From positions 13,950,001-14,014,000 of the forward strand of contig OZ059895.1 of the NCBI GenBank assembly GCA_964057225.1: a stretch of DNA of 64,000 bases, in the 5' to 3' direction. Shown here piece by piece: positions 13,208 through 27,098 of this stretch (the stretch's first letter is position 1; each line of letters starts with the position of its first letter). The translations under genes and the position numbers were made by a program. The notes below the pieces were generated by a model. The model saw only the letters and a list, made by a program, of their open reading frames with translations. It did no database searches and was not told where the DNA came from. Source of the DNA: Auanema rhodensis. Lineage: Eukaryota > Animalia > Nematoda.

Positions 13208-16200
13208 ATGACTAATGTCTCTTATTTGCTGCGCTCTTTTACTTTGGTAATCGAAGGGCAGCCAACAAATATACAAAAAGAAATTCATGGAATTCAAGCA
13301 TTTTTGTATGTATAAAGATTGAACTATCTACGGTAGTATTTTAGAGAAAATGTTACTGATGGAACCCTACAAGATCTTACAGAGAGAGGATTATCACTTA
13401 AACTGGCTCAGGGTTTGGTGACAAACCGTCTGTGTTCATTGTACATATTAGAAATAATAACATGAGTATTTATTTTTCTTTTCATGGTTTTCATTGCTTC
13501 TAAACCTTCGCACAACTGGCTTTCCGTTTTATTGAAATTTTCACGTTTTCTATTCCGAGAGAAGGCTTGTGTTGAAGTTTTCCATGCAAATGGCTCTCAT
13601 GCCGTTTATGTTCAGGTGAAGTGCGATTGCTCATATGAAACAAAGGAGACATTTTTCAGTTATGTTGCCATGTTGCAACACATTTCTCTAATGATGTTGA
13701 TGGGCTTACAATAGCTACTACCTTATTAAGTAAAGGGCAATTTGAATTTCTTTCTTTGATTAACATTAGAAACGATCTCTTCACATCCCCGTTGAACGAA
13801 CAAAGCTTTTTTCACTTTTGATGCTGCGCAAGATTTTACGGCGCTAATCGAAATCGATAGTTTTGAATGATTCGCGTGAGAGTGTGTACTTAAAGTACAA
13901 ATTAACCAATTTGATATCAAATATTGCTTTCATTGTAGAGATGCATATGTAAGCAGAGAAATTTTTTTCAGATGTTACTCAAAAGCTTATCGTCTCTCAA
14001 GATCATGCTAACAGCTTCGTTGGAGCACATTTACCAAAATCCATGCTTAGATTTCTGAATTATTGTGAGATGGCAGTAGTTCAAGGAGCATTAGATGTAA
14101 AACTTAATACGAAATGTCAATAAGCGTAAAGTTGAATCAGATTTTGGGAAGATTAGCCGATTGGTCAGAAGAATGTCGTTCAGAACTATGTGCATCTACA
14201 GTGATTGATACGTGCATTCAGCTAATTCCCGATGGAGATTTGTTAACTCAGAAGTATGAAATCTACGTCAAAATTTAATTAAATGCTATACATATAGACT
14301 ATGTGCAAGCCTTCTGCGCATTTTATCATGTAATGAACAAGCATCTCAACAAATTGTGATCTATGATGGAGTGCCATTATTAGTCGGGTAATCTTTGATT
14401 TTAATTCAAAATTAAATTTCATATCCAAAATTTGATATTAGTTATTCTACCTGCCATTTTATTATTATATTTAGATTGTTGTCTATTAAAAATTCACGCT
14501 TACAGTGGCACGTAGCATGGTGTCTAGCTCAATTAGCTAGCAATTCGGAGACAAGTATCGAGGTATAAGTGTTTATAATACTCTGTTTTCAATAACTATT
14601 TAGTAAATAGATGAGTTAAAACAAAAAAATTGTATATTCGTAGGTATACTATGCATAATTTATATATTCTAGATAGCTCAAATTGGAGGAATCAATCTAG
14701 TTTTGGCTCAGCTGTCGGATATCACTCCGCCGGCTAGAGGATGCAATGATTGGCTAGCCATGTTGATAGGTGGGTGAATAATATCGCAGTGAAGATGTAA
14801 ATAGTATAAGAGACATGAACTAACCAAGTGTATGTAGGGGTATTAGTCTTTTCAATTATTCATATCTTTTCAACAATATATGCTCTGTTTCATTGCTGTT
14901 GTTACGCAAAAGTCTTGTCTACATTTCCTTCTTAGGTGTGTGTGCTTTGTTAGCCCAACTCTGTCAAGAAGATGGAAATCAACAATTGATTGTCCAAAAT
15001 AACGGAATATACCTACTTGGGAGATTATTGTTACTACCAAAACTGCACCCTAAGATATCTGATAATCCATCGTTATATACTTTGCAGGTTTTTCTACGAT
15101 CTACAATTAGACAAAATGATTTTTATTATTTGAGGGCTCTGTATTTCGTGTTTTACGATTAATCTATTCATTAGAAAGAAATCGAAGTTATTTTAAAAAA
15201 GTTTTTACACCATTGCTCTTTGAAAAGTTCATCGACATTGGACATTACGTTCAAGACATTTCTGCATATCAAGATCAAGTTTACGATTATAACTCTTATC
15301 TGGTAATTGAATAATATGAATTTACAGTATGTTTTTATGTATAGGACAGTGTACCTGTTTCGGAACTGCCTTCTTTGTGGGAAGCAACAAATCAACGTCG
15401 CGAGCCCATTGGCCGTGTTGGTGATTTTGAACTCCTGGAACAGCTGGGTTCAGGTGCCTTCGGATGTGTCTATACAGTGCGAAAAAAGCCGAAAGATCCC
15501 GCTGCTGTTCCACAGTATTTCGCACTCAAAGAGGTTGATTTTTATGCGTAAATATTGGTTTAATCTCTGACTTTTTAGATTTTCAATGTGCAAATGAGTG
15601 AAACTGATGCAGATAAAAGTTTTGGCGATATTATTAGCGAAGTCAAAATCATTAAACAACAGGTAAATGAGAATACTTGATAGAATACGTGAGAATATTT
15701 ACTATTTGTTGTTTTTGGTATTGTTTATCAATTCCAGCTGTCTAGACAGAAAAGATATACTGCAGAATTTACTATTCATATAGTATAGTTGAAAATATAT
15801 ATTAAAACCCCTAAGATTGGAAGAATTTATTTGATTCTCTATGAGAGATGAGAATTTCTTTCATTTGCATATTCTTCTTCTTTTCAGATGCGTCATCCCA
15901 ACATTGTCCGTTATCGACGGATCTTTGTAGAGAACAATCATTTATATATCGTTATGGATCTAATCGAAGGTGTCTCCTTAAAAGAACATATAACATCAAT
16001 TAAAGAGAAACGAGAAACATTCGCAGAAGAACGTGTATGGAATTTAATAATTCAGGTCCCTCGACATTTGTTATCATCCTCCATATATGAATAGTTTTAG
16101 ATGGTTCTGGCTCTTCGTTATCTGCACCAAGACAAACATATTGTACACCGCGACCTGAAACCAACAAATATCATGATTTCCGATAATGATCGTGTTGTTA

Positions 16201-18028
16201 TAAGTAGGTCACCATATGATTAAAAGAAGCTTCAAAAATTCGAATATCAAATGAAAATTTATAAAACAATTATGAAAGTTCTTTGCTCAGCAGAGAATTT
16301 TTGATTTCACCGCACTATAACTCTGCGTTTTTAAGCGGATTTTGGGTTGGCTAAGAAAAAGGGAACAGACTATTTGAAATCAGCTGCAGGGACAATAGTA
16401 TATAGCTGGTTTGCAGTTCAAAATGTAGATATAATGTTTGAAAACTTGACTTCTAGCCCTGAAATCGTTCAAAATCTGCCCTATGGTGAGAAAGCCGATA
16501 TATGGTCGCTAGGCTGTTGTGTGTATGAAATGGCAGCATTGAGGTAAAACTTAAAATATGATCTGACGTCTGATTTTATAATCTTCAGACCTGCATTCTA
16601 TTCTCAGAATATGCTTCAATTAGCTACTCACATAGTAGAAGGAACATATGAGCCTTTAACTGGCTATTCTAGGTTTGGATCCTGAAACTTAAAAATTGCA
16701 ATTAACATTTAATTATTTATATAGTGAGATTTGTGATTTGGTTGCTAAGTGTTTGGCTACAGATCCAAAAAAACGGCCCAATATCTCCGAGTTATCATGC
16801 TTGATAGGCCCGCAATTGCTTGCTTGTTTGGATGATATTTTCCGAATACATGCGTCCTCAACATCGAATAGTAAAAGTTTCAAAGAAGAAAGAGACATTT
16901 TATCAAATCCCTCCCAATTAAGGTTGGTATTGAGTAATCTTCTTTCATTTTGCTTGAAAACGTTTTAAATCCAAATATTTCAGAAAAATGTCATCCTTGA
17001 ATTCTTCTTCTAGTTTTAACGTAGGGGCCTTCAGTAGCAATGGTAGTGGAAATTTAAAGAAGAAAAGCGTTACGGAAAAGGAGAAGACATCAGTTGCAAT
17101 GTTTCCACCTATTTTCTCAATTGATAAGCCTGTTCGAAGTGATATTTTATATATTGACATATTGAATTCTAATGATTCCTCAGGATCCAATGCGAAATCG
17201 CATTCCGCTGGCCAGTCATCTAGACGATCCAATGCAATGACTATATCATCTTCTTTACCAAAGATACAGCCAGAAGTTCAGCGACCAATAGAACAGACAC
17301 ACCAAAGAACAGAAAATTATAAGAGCATGCGAATTACTTCTAGAGCATTACAGAGAAAGGTCACTAGTAACTGATTCAGTTGCCAAAATAATATTTTAGA
17401 AAGTTCAGGCTATCAACAAGCGAGCATGGTCCTCGAGTTCAATAGATTTAAGAAGTAAATCGGAAGGTTTGAAAGTCAGGTTTGTTTTTCAATATCTAAA
17501 TTTCCAACCACCTTATGTGTTTAGCTCAGCTGCTCTAAAGCCTGTTGCTGATCCAGTTCTCCGAATTTTAGATCAAATTCACAGGATTCTCCTGGTTACA
17601 TCCTCATGTGAGACATTGAGCCGCAGAAATATTTCAACATCCTTTCTTTCAGCGACAACTGAGACACTGAACCATAAAAGACGTTTAATAGAGCAATTCA
17701 AAAGAAAAGTTTTCTCAAAGAATAGCAATGCTGAACTTATTAAATTCCATTTACGGAAAGTAATTAATCATAACCATCGAGTTTTTAAACTTCACTTTTA
17801 GCTCGCAGCTGAAGTACCAGAAAACATAGATTTGGATCTTGGATTCACAGATTTCCGTCCAGTGCTGTCTGACATTCACATTGCTGATTACCAACTAGGT
17901 TTCAACACCTACATTTAAAGTGATTGAATCTTGAATCTCCAGATTGTAAATTGACTAAAATAACTTATGAGCAATTGGCTGGATGCTTACAAATCATGTT
18001 ATCTGGAGAAAGTTCATATACTACATAG
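13208..18028 (+). CDS. nekl-4: NEK10-like NIMA kinase with N-terminal ARM repeats
   Basis: [61 protein letters not shown]; upstream ARM-type repeats ([23 protein letters not shown]). Start exon approximate. Confidence 0.92.
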
Positions 18029-18099
18029 ACATATGTACCAAATACTTACGTACAAATATTTGGTCTAGGTTAAATATTTTCAGTTTTTCTTCTTATGAA

Positions 18100-18785
18100 C
18101 CAGTAATTTTAAGATTGAATACACGACAGTAACCGATCCTTAAACTGTTTTGGTCTTTCAACTTTGTTCAACCATCCAAAAGTTTCTAAAAATAGTGTTC
18201 GTCTATCATCTGTGCAATAAGTTTTTGGTCATTTTAACATTCCCGACCATAATCGTTGAACGATGTGATGGTCTGACCACGTCATATGACGAAGAACATT
18301 ATTAATAACTTCCGTTTGAAGATATTTTTTCTAGAACTAAGAACATGATTGTAGTTGTTACTGTTCAAATAGTGCTAAAACATTCATTTTTCATAAATAA
18401 AAGCATACATTGAGCATGATATCAATCTGAATTAAAAATACACGCCTTCACATTAATAAATTTTTTTCAGGAGGGTCAGCTGTTTACAAATTTCGTTGTT
18501 GATCTTTTAGAGAAATCGCCGGTTGATCTTAAACTTGTATGTAACAAACATAATTCTCAAATAGCAATTACCATATTGTAAGCGCGATCAGGAACATTTA
18601 CCACATATGCCATAAGGTCTGTATTTCTGGCAGTAATTAGCTTTAGTCGCCGTGCATTAGACTCTGTTATCATACTAGCACCATTGGCTATAGCTGAAAA
18701 TCTTATGTTACTGAATAAAATAAAAGAACTCGTTACTTATAGCTAAAAGTAGAAATACGAATATCAACCGCGCAACTATCCACAT
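18100..18785 (-). CDS. Possible small multi-exon gene with signal peptide (model incomplete)
   Basis: MWIVARLIFVFLLLAI|TIANGASM...AYNM joined in phase by a GT-AG intron; later exon-like blocks could not be joined reliably. Confidence 0.3.
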
Positions 18786-19585
18786 TTCACGAAAATGTCA
18801 ACCAGTGGCTCCTCCCATTTGATATAAGATTTTTAGGCATGTGTTTATCTTGTAACCAAAATGAACAAAAAAAGAATACATTCTTTACATTTAAACTTGC
18901 GATAAAGACGTAAAAATAGATGAAATTTTTTGGATTTTTGGGCCTTAGGGTACAGGCGTATAAGGGTAATATTTGAAGGGTTAACAAGAACAAATCATAT
19001 GCAGAAACTCTGTGAAATTAAACAAAAAGTGTACTATATGTGTCTATACTAAACATTTTAAAAGAAACAACAGAACCAGGAGAAACATTGCTATGTGAGC
19101 AAAACGATGCATCAATCTGGGGTAATGTTAAGCTAGAAGTTAAAACGAAAGTAACCCAGACCGATATGAGATAGGAACGTCAAACATACTCATCATCATT
19201 AGCAACAAAGTAATCAACAAGTTAGAAATCATGGAAACTACCGGTTAATAAGCAGTAACGCCAAAAAAAGCTAATTTGAAGGGCATGACAGCTTTTCTCC
19301 GTTAACTAAAAACTAAGAAAAATAATAACAATGATTGAAGGCTGATGCATCTAACCGGAACTTATCTAAACATTTGAATAAAACAACAGTTCGACAGAAA
19401 TAACCGAATGTTAGCCTAACAAATTTTTAATAAAGGCTATGTGTAAACTACATAACAGAACATGGGAGCAAATTCTCTATAGCAGGGTAACAACGCCCTA
19501 CAACGTAAGGCAAAACAACAAGAACCAGCATGGCCAAGATAGGAGTAGAGAGAAGGATACGCTTATTGGCTTACTAAATACCTGT

Positions 19586-22500
19586 TCAACTTTTGGCAGC
19601 AGTTGTTCGTTTTTTTGAGTCGGTATTCGTCTTAAAGAGAACGAAAACGAATAAGCTCTCACTGTTCTCATTGACTTACGATATAGAAGTCATCAGGACT
19701 TTTATATTTTTTTAACTTTTCTTCTAGTTCAGGGTGAAGAACTAATTGATTTGCATTCTTGTATCTGAAGTGAATGAGGCTTAGATGTTGGAATAAACAA
19801 TAAAATATATACCTCTTCATGAACATGAAAAGCTTCTCAAGTCCATATAGTTCTCCTTTTTTCACGTCCTTCAAAACATCATTCATAAAGTTTTTGTAGA
19901 TTTCAGGTCTGAATTTCAATTCCAGACCGTAACTATAAAAACGGAACAAAGATTCGACACCATAGCGGAAACTAAAACAATAATGATGAGTGCACGGTTC
20001 CCCAACAAAAAAAACCTCATTTCAGCGTCTTCCAAGGCAAGAACACGGAACTCCTCATACATTTTTCTATTGAAGTTATCTCTAAGGAAGAAAGACCAAA
20101 AACGATATAGAGTGTTCATTTCAGCACACTCATAACCCAAATTTTTACGTTGTTTAAGGCACTCTAATCTCCATGAAGAATATACCTGAAAAAAGTTCAA
20201 AATTACTCGGCACGTATAAAACCGTACATTTTGAGTGAAGTTATTTTCTTGAAGTAATGATACAGAAGGATGGGAAGGAGGAATGTGGCTACTGCTTGCA
20301 GCAACTCCAATAGGAGCAGGCGTAACAGCTTCTTCTCCTCTACCCAAAACCCAACCAACTGGTAATTCAACAGGTGGTTCTTCGCGATGTCTAAAAAAAT
20401 TCTAATTTTCATTTATTCGAAATAAAAAATAACCTAGTTTTAGCTTTCCGAGGCGAGCGATTATCAATAGGAACAGTTGGTTTGACCGGATAGAAACGGG
20501 ATACCTTCTGTTCGGCAGACTCCCTTCGCTGCATGGGACTCTTTGGCTGAAAAAGTAAGATGAAAAATCTAAAATTAAAAACGAATGGTGGCTAAAATAA
20601 AAGAAAATCGTGCATGTGGCATACCACAGCTATATTGGCTGCTCTCTCTTTTGTCTTTTGTGACCAAATAGATGGTGGTGGTGTGCTGACTTGACTGTGT
20701 GGAATGTCAGGAGGAGGACCCTGAGCGATCTTGGGTGCCTCTCCCTTGAGTTGTTGGAACTCTTCTCGTGACACGGTTGAGATTTTATTCTGTAATGCAC
20801 CCCACGCTCATGCAAAAATCAAGTAAAAGAACTGCTACTACACTAACACTACAACCAAGATTTTAAAAAAACTTACAGGTACCTCCTTCTCTTGTGGTGC
20901 GCTCCATAACTCCTCTTCATATTGACGGAGGCCAATCTCCACCTGGAAAATTAGGAATTTAAAATACATCTACATTAAAAACAGTACCTCCTCATTAAAC
21001 TCAGCATTATTTCTAGATCGAGTAGTGAAGTCTCCAGTTCGATCAAAGGTTCTCTTCATTGGTGTCATGATGATAAGTTTATTAATGATATCATCATCAA
21101 TTTCTTCAGAAATTTCAACTCTGAAAAATAAGCTGATGATATATATCTAGGTCCCCGACACCCACGTTAATCTAGAAGGCTTATTTGGCTTCTCTCTTTT
21201 AGGTGTAGTGTATCCACCAGCACTGGTGTCCATTTCATTGTCGAATTGAAATCCTAAGTCTTGTTCCGTTTTATCAGCTTTTCCAGATACCTTTTCAGGA
21301 CCTCTACCACGTCCCTTTTTCTTAGGCTTTACCTCCTCCCAGGTCTTAAAAGTATTAGTGTAATGAGATAGAGCAGAAGCTCTTACTTCTTCGGTATTGC
21401 CGTTATTAACATTTTCCTTAGCAGCCGAGTTTGAGGCAGAAACATTAAAAGATGCTGGTACAACATGGTCAGAATCTTGCTTCTTAAAAAACATGAATGA
21501 GAGAAATTGGGGCAAAAATAGAAAACCTCGGAACGAGAAGTTTCGTTTCTTTGAGCAGGCTTGGCTTGGTCGCCCGTATGATTGGCATTGCTAGTAGAAG
21601 CAACTTCGGAGTGAACAGTTGGAGCCAAAGGCCATTGAGCTGGGTTAGCACGAGGACGAACATATGAAGCGTCTTCAGAAAGTTCAACCTATAGAATGAA
21701 TCAATTGTTCAGAGTAATGTAAATATTCCTTTACCGTATCACTCTCTCTAAGTCCTTCACAAATTAGAGTGATATCACCCGTTAGAGATCGCACACGTGG
21801 AAATGAAGCGATTAATTGCAATGGCAAGTAGCCATCTGAGTTCATTTTCCTTCTTAAGAAGAAATCTTTTTGCAAATTTTCGTTAGAAAAGTAATATTCA
21901 CTGAAACACGAGGTACATTAATCTACTATTAATAGATCAAACATACATTTGTTTGCGAACACAATCTTTCAATGTGTCGTCATTAAGAGCAACGAAAGGA
22001 GACTGAGTAGGATAGACAGGAGCAAAAGGAATGGCAGTATTAATGTTGTCTATGCTGGTATTGATGATATGAGTTGGAGGACTGACAATAGGCACTGGGG
22101 GCGAAGCAACGCTTTCACTTCTGTTTTCCATCATTGGTATAGATGTGTGAATCACGGACATGGGTGGTCTAAATAACAACGAATTTGATTGTGAAGCTTA
22201 TTGTATCGGGATACCTATAAGCAAAACCAGCCATGTGCTGTTGAGCTTGTGTAATCATAAGGTTAGCCATTTGAGAATCTAGTCCAACACCTTCGAATGG
22301 TGGGACTGAAGCCATGGAGTAAAACTGAGCGTACTGAGTATCCATCAAGTTCATGTAATCAAAGTTGTCTTCTCCTTCCTAAAATTATTCCCTAGGCTAA
22401 AACGATTTTTAGATTATTCTTACCACTTGAACATCATCCCAATCAGGGAGAGGTCCACGAGCTTTTCGTTGAGCAGAAGTAAGCTTAGGAGGTGCATGTG

Positions 22501-24428
22501 GATTGGGTCTAGCTTGCCATCTGTCGTTTCTTGGGAAAAATTGTCTTTGTTTTTCACCATCTCGCAAATTTCTTTGCCAGTAATCAGTCTTTTGCTGCTG
22601 TGCTCCTCCACGACCATTATTTGCATTTCCTTTATGAGAAGTAAAAGATGAGCGAGTGCTGCCATTTGCTAATGGAGCCTTGTCATCTTTAGGCGAAGTG
22701 GGTGATTTTTTATCACTTTTCACTGGTGATTTAGACTGGATAGGAGCAGGCGACGACATGCTCGACTGTGGTGAACCAGCAGCCTGGAAATAATCAATTA
22801 TTAAACTGAAACGCAAAGATATTTGTAATATATTCAAAACAATATTAAACAAAATGTTTGAATAATGTGAAAAAAATTGAATAAATCGCAATCGAAATTT
22901 TTAAAAAAATCGATACACATACCGGTGATTCGTCCGAATCTTTTACACTCTTTTTCCAGCCTTGTGCAAGTCCTTGCTTATAATATATTCCGTTTGAAGA
23001 AGAATTTTCTACAGCCCTAAAATAGTAATTGTTAGAAAGAAAGGATAATAATAAAATAATATATAATAGAATTATCAGTGCTATAACGGAATAATACGAG
23101 CAACAAGACATCTAACAAAACAGAAATAGGTCTAGACGAATAGAATGTACGCAAACAGGAGGCGAAACGCGGAGGGTATTTAGAGTACATATGATGTGGA
23201 GAGAGACTAGACAGGCAGGGAATGCAGGCATTCGGCCTGGCATCAAGTGGTCCATCTCACATCTATTCGCACTAGCAGCATGCAGCCAACGTAATTAGTA
23301 GTGAATGATAACCGAAAAGCAACAAGAATGCAAACTTCACAAAACACTTGACAAATTGGATTTTGATTTTTCGAATATTGAAAATAATAGCTAACGAAAA
23401 ACTACTGACCAATTTTCTGCATCTTCATCATCGTGATCCTGCGAGTCATCATTACTCACTAAACATTTTAGTTACTATTTAGTTGATAAGATAACGCTAT
23501 ACCAATTCGGGAATCCTTCTTCTTAGATCCCTTGAGACCCTTGTCTTTAGTATTCTCAAACTCAATATTGACCCTTTTCCAACGGTTTCTAGATACTCTG
23601 GCGGATTTTTGATTATTGTTAGCTTGTTCATTGTCATCCTATAAATGAGAAAAACCGTTATTAAACAATTGAAAATAAAAATGAGAAAAGAAGGCAAGTA
23701 ATTACTAACTTTGCAACCATCACCGATTGGAGAATGTTGCTGAGATCCTGTTCCATTTTCATCTGCTTTAGCAGCATCAAGAGTAGGCCATTCGGGATCA
23801 ACCTTATTGGCAGAATTATCAACTGGAGACTGAGCTTTCTTTACGATATGCTTAAAAAAAATTAATCAGTGGAAAAAATAATAAAAGCTTACTTCAACTT
23901 CGTTAACAACATTGATATTTTCAACCACTGGATTAGGTGGAATAACCTCTTCGGGTTTCTGTTCTCCACCAACACAATCTAAAAGTATATATTAAACATG
24001 TAAATACCAAAAAATATACCTTTATTTTTGAACCAAGCGTTCACAACTGGTATTGGAGCGGGTTCTAATACTACGGCGGCTTCCGCACTAATAACTGGCG
24101 ATTCTTCTGGGGTAACTACCTTCTCTTCCTTAACAACTTCAGTCTTCTGGCTGCGACGTTCTCTGTCTTTTCCACGAGACTTCTTTTTGTGGAATTTTTC
24201 TTTTTCGCTCTTGTCACCTCGATCCTTGTGATCAGACTTTTCTCTTCGCTCTTTGGCATGAGCATTGTCGTGCCTATCCTTCTTTTCCCGATGCTGCGTA
24301 TGAGTACGTCCACCTGTAGGAATGGCTTGAGCTGACTGAATATCAGATGAGCTCGATTGTGATGACTGTTCGCCAACGTGGCCGGAGACGACCTTCGCAA
24401 ATGAAAGCATAGGTTGCCTCTCGGCCAT
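19586..24428 (-). CDS. larp-1: La-related protein 1
   Basis: [14 protein letters not shown] start; La motif ([26 protein letters not shown]); DM15 repeats ([45 protein letters not shown]). Confidence 0.96.
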
Positions 24429-24946
24429 GCCTCACTACCTTTCCAGTTTAATTAAACTTGAGCAGCCCGTGACACCTGAATTTAACATAAAATGATGATT
24501 TAAATATGATTTTTACTATATAAGCGAGATTTTTTTTAAAATTTAATTATTATAATTGTTTTGTCTTTTTTTTATAATAGAAAAAATCAATACTAATACA
24601 TATATACAAATAAAAATAAATAAAATAACGTTAAAACAAGGGGCGGAGCAATGAATAGTGATCAAGATGATCTGCTTGACAGACCAGTACTCTAATGATT
24701 GATCTGGCACTGCGCCCTATGGTTAGTGGGCTGCCACGCAGCTCGGTCACCTCATTGGTTGCGCTGATGTGAGAAAAGAACGTCAGCCTCGTTTCCTGGC
24801 GCAAATTACGTTTGAGACGAAATGATACAATACGTATCTAACATATTGTAATGATGTTATATGTATACACGTACTATTTCGTATGGTATTTCAAAATCTT
24901 CTACCATAGATCTATAATAACAGAATCGTTTCAGAGTTTTATTAAA

Positions 24947-26999
24947 ATGAGACGATTTTTTTTTCATTTTTTCAAATCTGGTGCTGGTCGCCGTTACATG
25001 AAGTCAATGTATGATTCGATGAAGGGGTTCTCGGTATATTCTAATTGGCTAGTAAGAGGTTCACTAACAAGCTTATTATTATTAAGATATGTGAGAAAAG
25101 CGCATTTATTAGGTTAGACTCTCGATAGAATAGAAAAAAGTATTTGTTCTTTTAGCAAATGAAGAATCATACAATGTACATATGGATCACAAGTTAACCA
25201 AGCGAGAACTTCGGTTTCTTCAATTTGCTTCATTAGAATACGATGACGTAATCTACATGAGTCCTATGGATTTTTTGGACTCATTAACTCTGGATAATCC
25301 TAGAGGTCTTATACATAAAAAAACGAATAATCTTAAACAACATGGAATAATTTAGAACGAGTGTATCGTCGAGTACTAAAGAGCGATGAGATAGAGAGAA
25401 TGCTAGGCAGAACTCCTGCATTCAGGCGTGGTGGCACAAAATTATTCAGGTCGTTGGGTCAATCAGGATTGATATCGTATTCAGAATACATATTTCTACT
25501 GACCCTCTTAACCAGTTCGTAATATGCTATTGTTTATAAAAAAAAACCGATTTAAGAATCCAAGTCTGCTTTCAAAATTGCTTTTATGATGTTTGATAGC
25601 GACGACAGTGGCAGAATAGATAAGGACGAATTTTTAATGGTGCGGGTTTTATACACAAATTTAAATGGATAGCTTCGTGTCATAGTGTAGAGTAGATCTG
25701 ATATAGTTGTAGCGTTTTAGGTTCGTAGCTTGACGTCTTCTCTTCGTTCTAATCGGTCAACAAATCTAAATATTGAGGATGTGAGTTAAGGAGCAGCAAG
25801 AATTATCATTGATGTTTCAAAATATACAATATGATTTTAGTCGTGTCAAATAGACGTGTCAGAATATAGTTTTGTAGTTTCAAGATTGCAATCACGGCTT
25901 TATTCTGGATCAGATTCTATAAAATTCGCAGTGAGACATTCATAGATTCCGATATGTCTGGAACCATATGATTGCTGTTGTTGTTTTGCATGAATTTAGC
26001 TTAAATATAGTTGCCAAACGTACAGATTTCATTTTCGCATTTTTGTATTACAGGTTAATAAATTGTTCGCATCGCGAGCAGCTCAACAATACGGTACTCA
26101 ATTTGTTCCAGTCAGTTTTCGATGAATCTCTTTCATAATCTTGGTTAATCGTAAAACTTTTAGAAAAGTGAGGACGATGTGAAAAAACAGCCAACAACTT
26201 TGATACTTCATTTGTTCGGCCTACGTGGGAATGAAACACTCTCTTTCGAAGAGTTTCAGAAGTGAAACCCAATGTATATTAAATTATTACACAATACTTT
26301 TAAAGATTCTATAATAATCTTCAAAGTGAATTAATGGAAATAGAGTTTCATGAATTTGCACGAGGAAAAACGATTATATCACCTATCGATTTTGCTCGCC
26401 TTGTACTAAGGTTGAACATTTTATTATTGATAAGATTTAACTTATATCTTTTAGATACACAATTGTTAATTTAGATGATTATCATACATACATCAACAGG
26501 GTCGCCGATAGAACCTCATCCAAAGAAGAGGTTCGGTGTATCATTTAGCTTTATTTAAATTTCTATTTCGTTAGGGATTAACTTTGTCAATGTGGGCTCG
26601 ATTCTCAATGTTTTTGAATAACCTTGAAGAGTTTTCTACTGCTGTCAGACTATATACTAATGCTGACATGCCAGTCTCGCAAGCTGAATTTAGTAGAGCC
26701 GTTGAATGTACAATAGGTAGTTTACCGCAGGAGAAGAAGGTGTCAATATCAATGTTCAGGCCAAAAACTTGATCCTCTAGTGGTTGATTTTATATTTCGT
26801 ATATTTGATACGAACAACGATGGGACTTTGAGTTATTCTGAATTTTTGGACGTAATGAATGACCGACTTCACCGTGGATTACGCGTGAGTGAAAGAATAG
26901 TTTGCGTTGGAACCTCTATTTTTTCAGGGTCGCGTTGATAAACATTGGGGGTGGCAACGATTCAAAAATTGTGTAATTAGCGAAGTAGCTAGTATTTAA
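24947..26999 (+). CDS. Mitochondrial calcium uptake EF-hand protein (MICU2/MICU3-like)
   Basis: RELRFLQFASLEYDDVIYMSPMDFLDS, GLISYSEYIFLLTLLT, EF-hands FDSDDSGRIDKDEF and FDTNNDGTLSYSEF, RLHRG. Confidence 0.92.
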
Positions 27000-27098
27000 C
27001 ATCTCTTGCCTATATGTTAAATCTTTAAACTGATCTGGTGAAAAACAAGTCAACAATAACAATTGATTAACAAAAAAACAAAAACAATAATAAAATTT

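Noticed and set aside
18570-18640. CGKCS-TGA motif suggestive of a selenoprotein
   Set aside because: That frame has upstream stops, and a different frame is the open one
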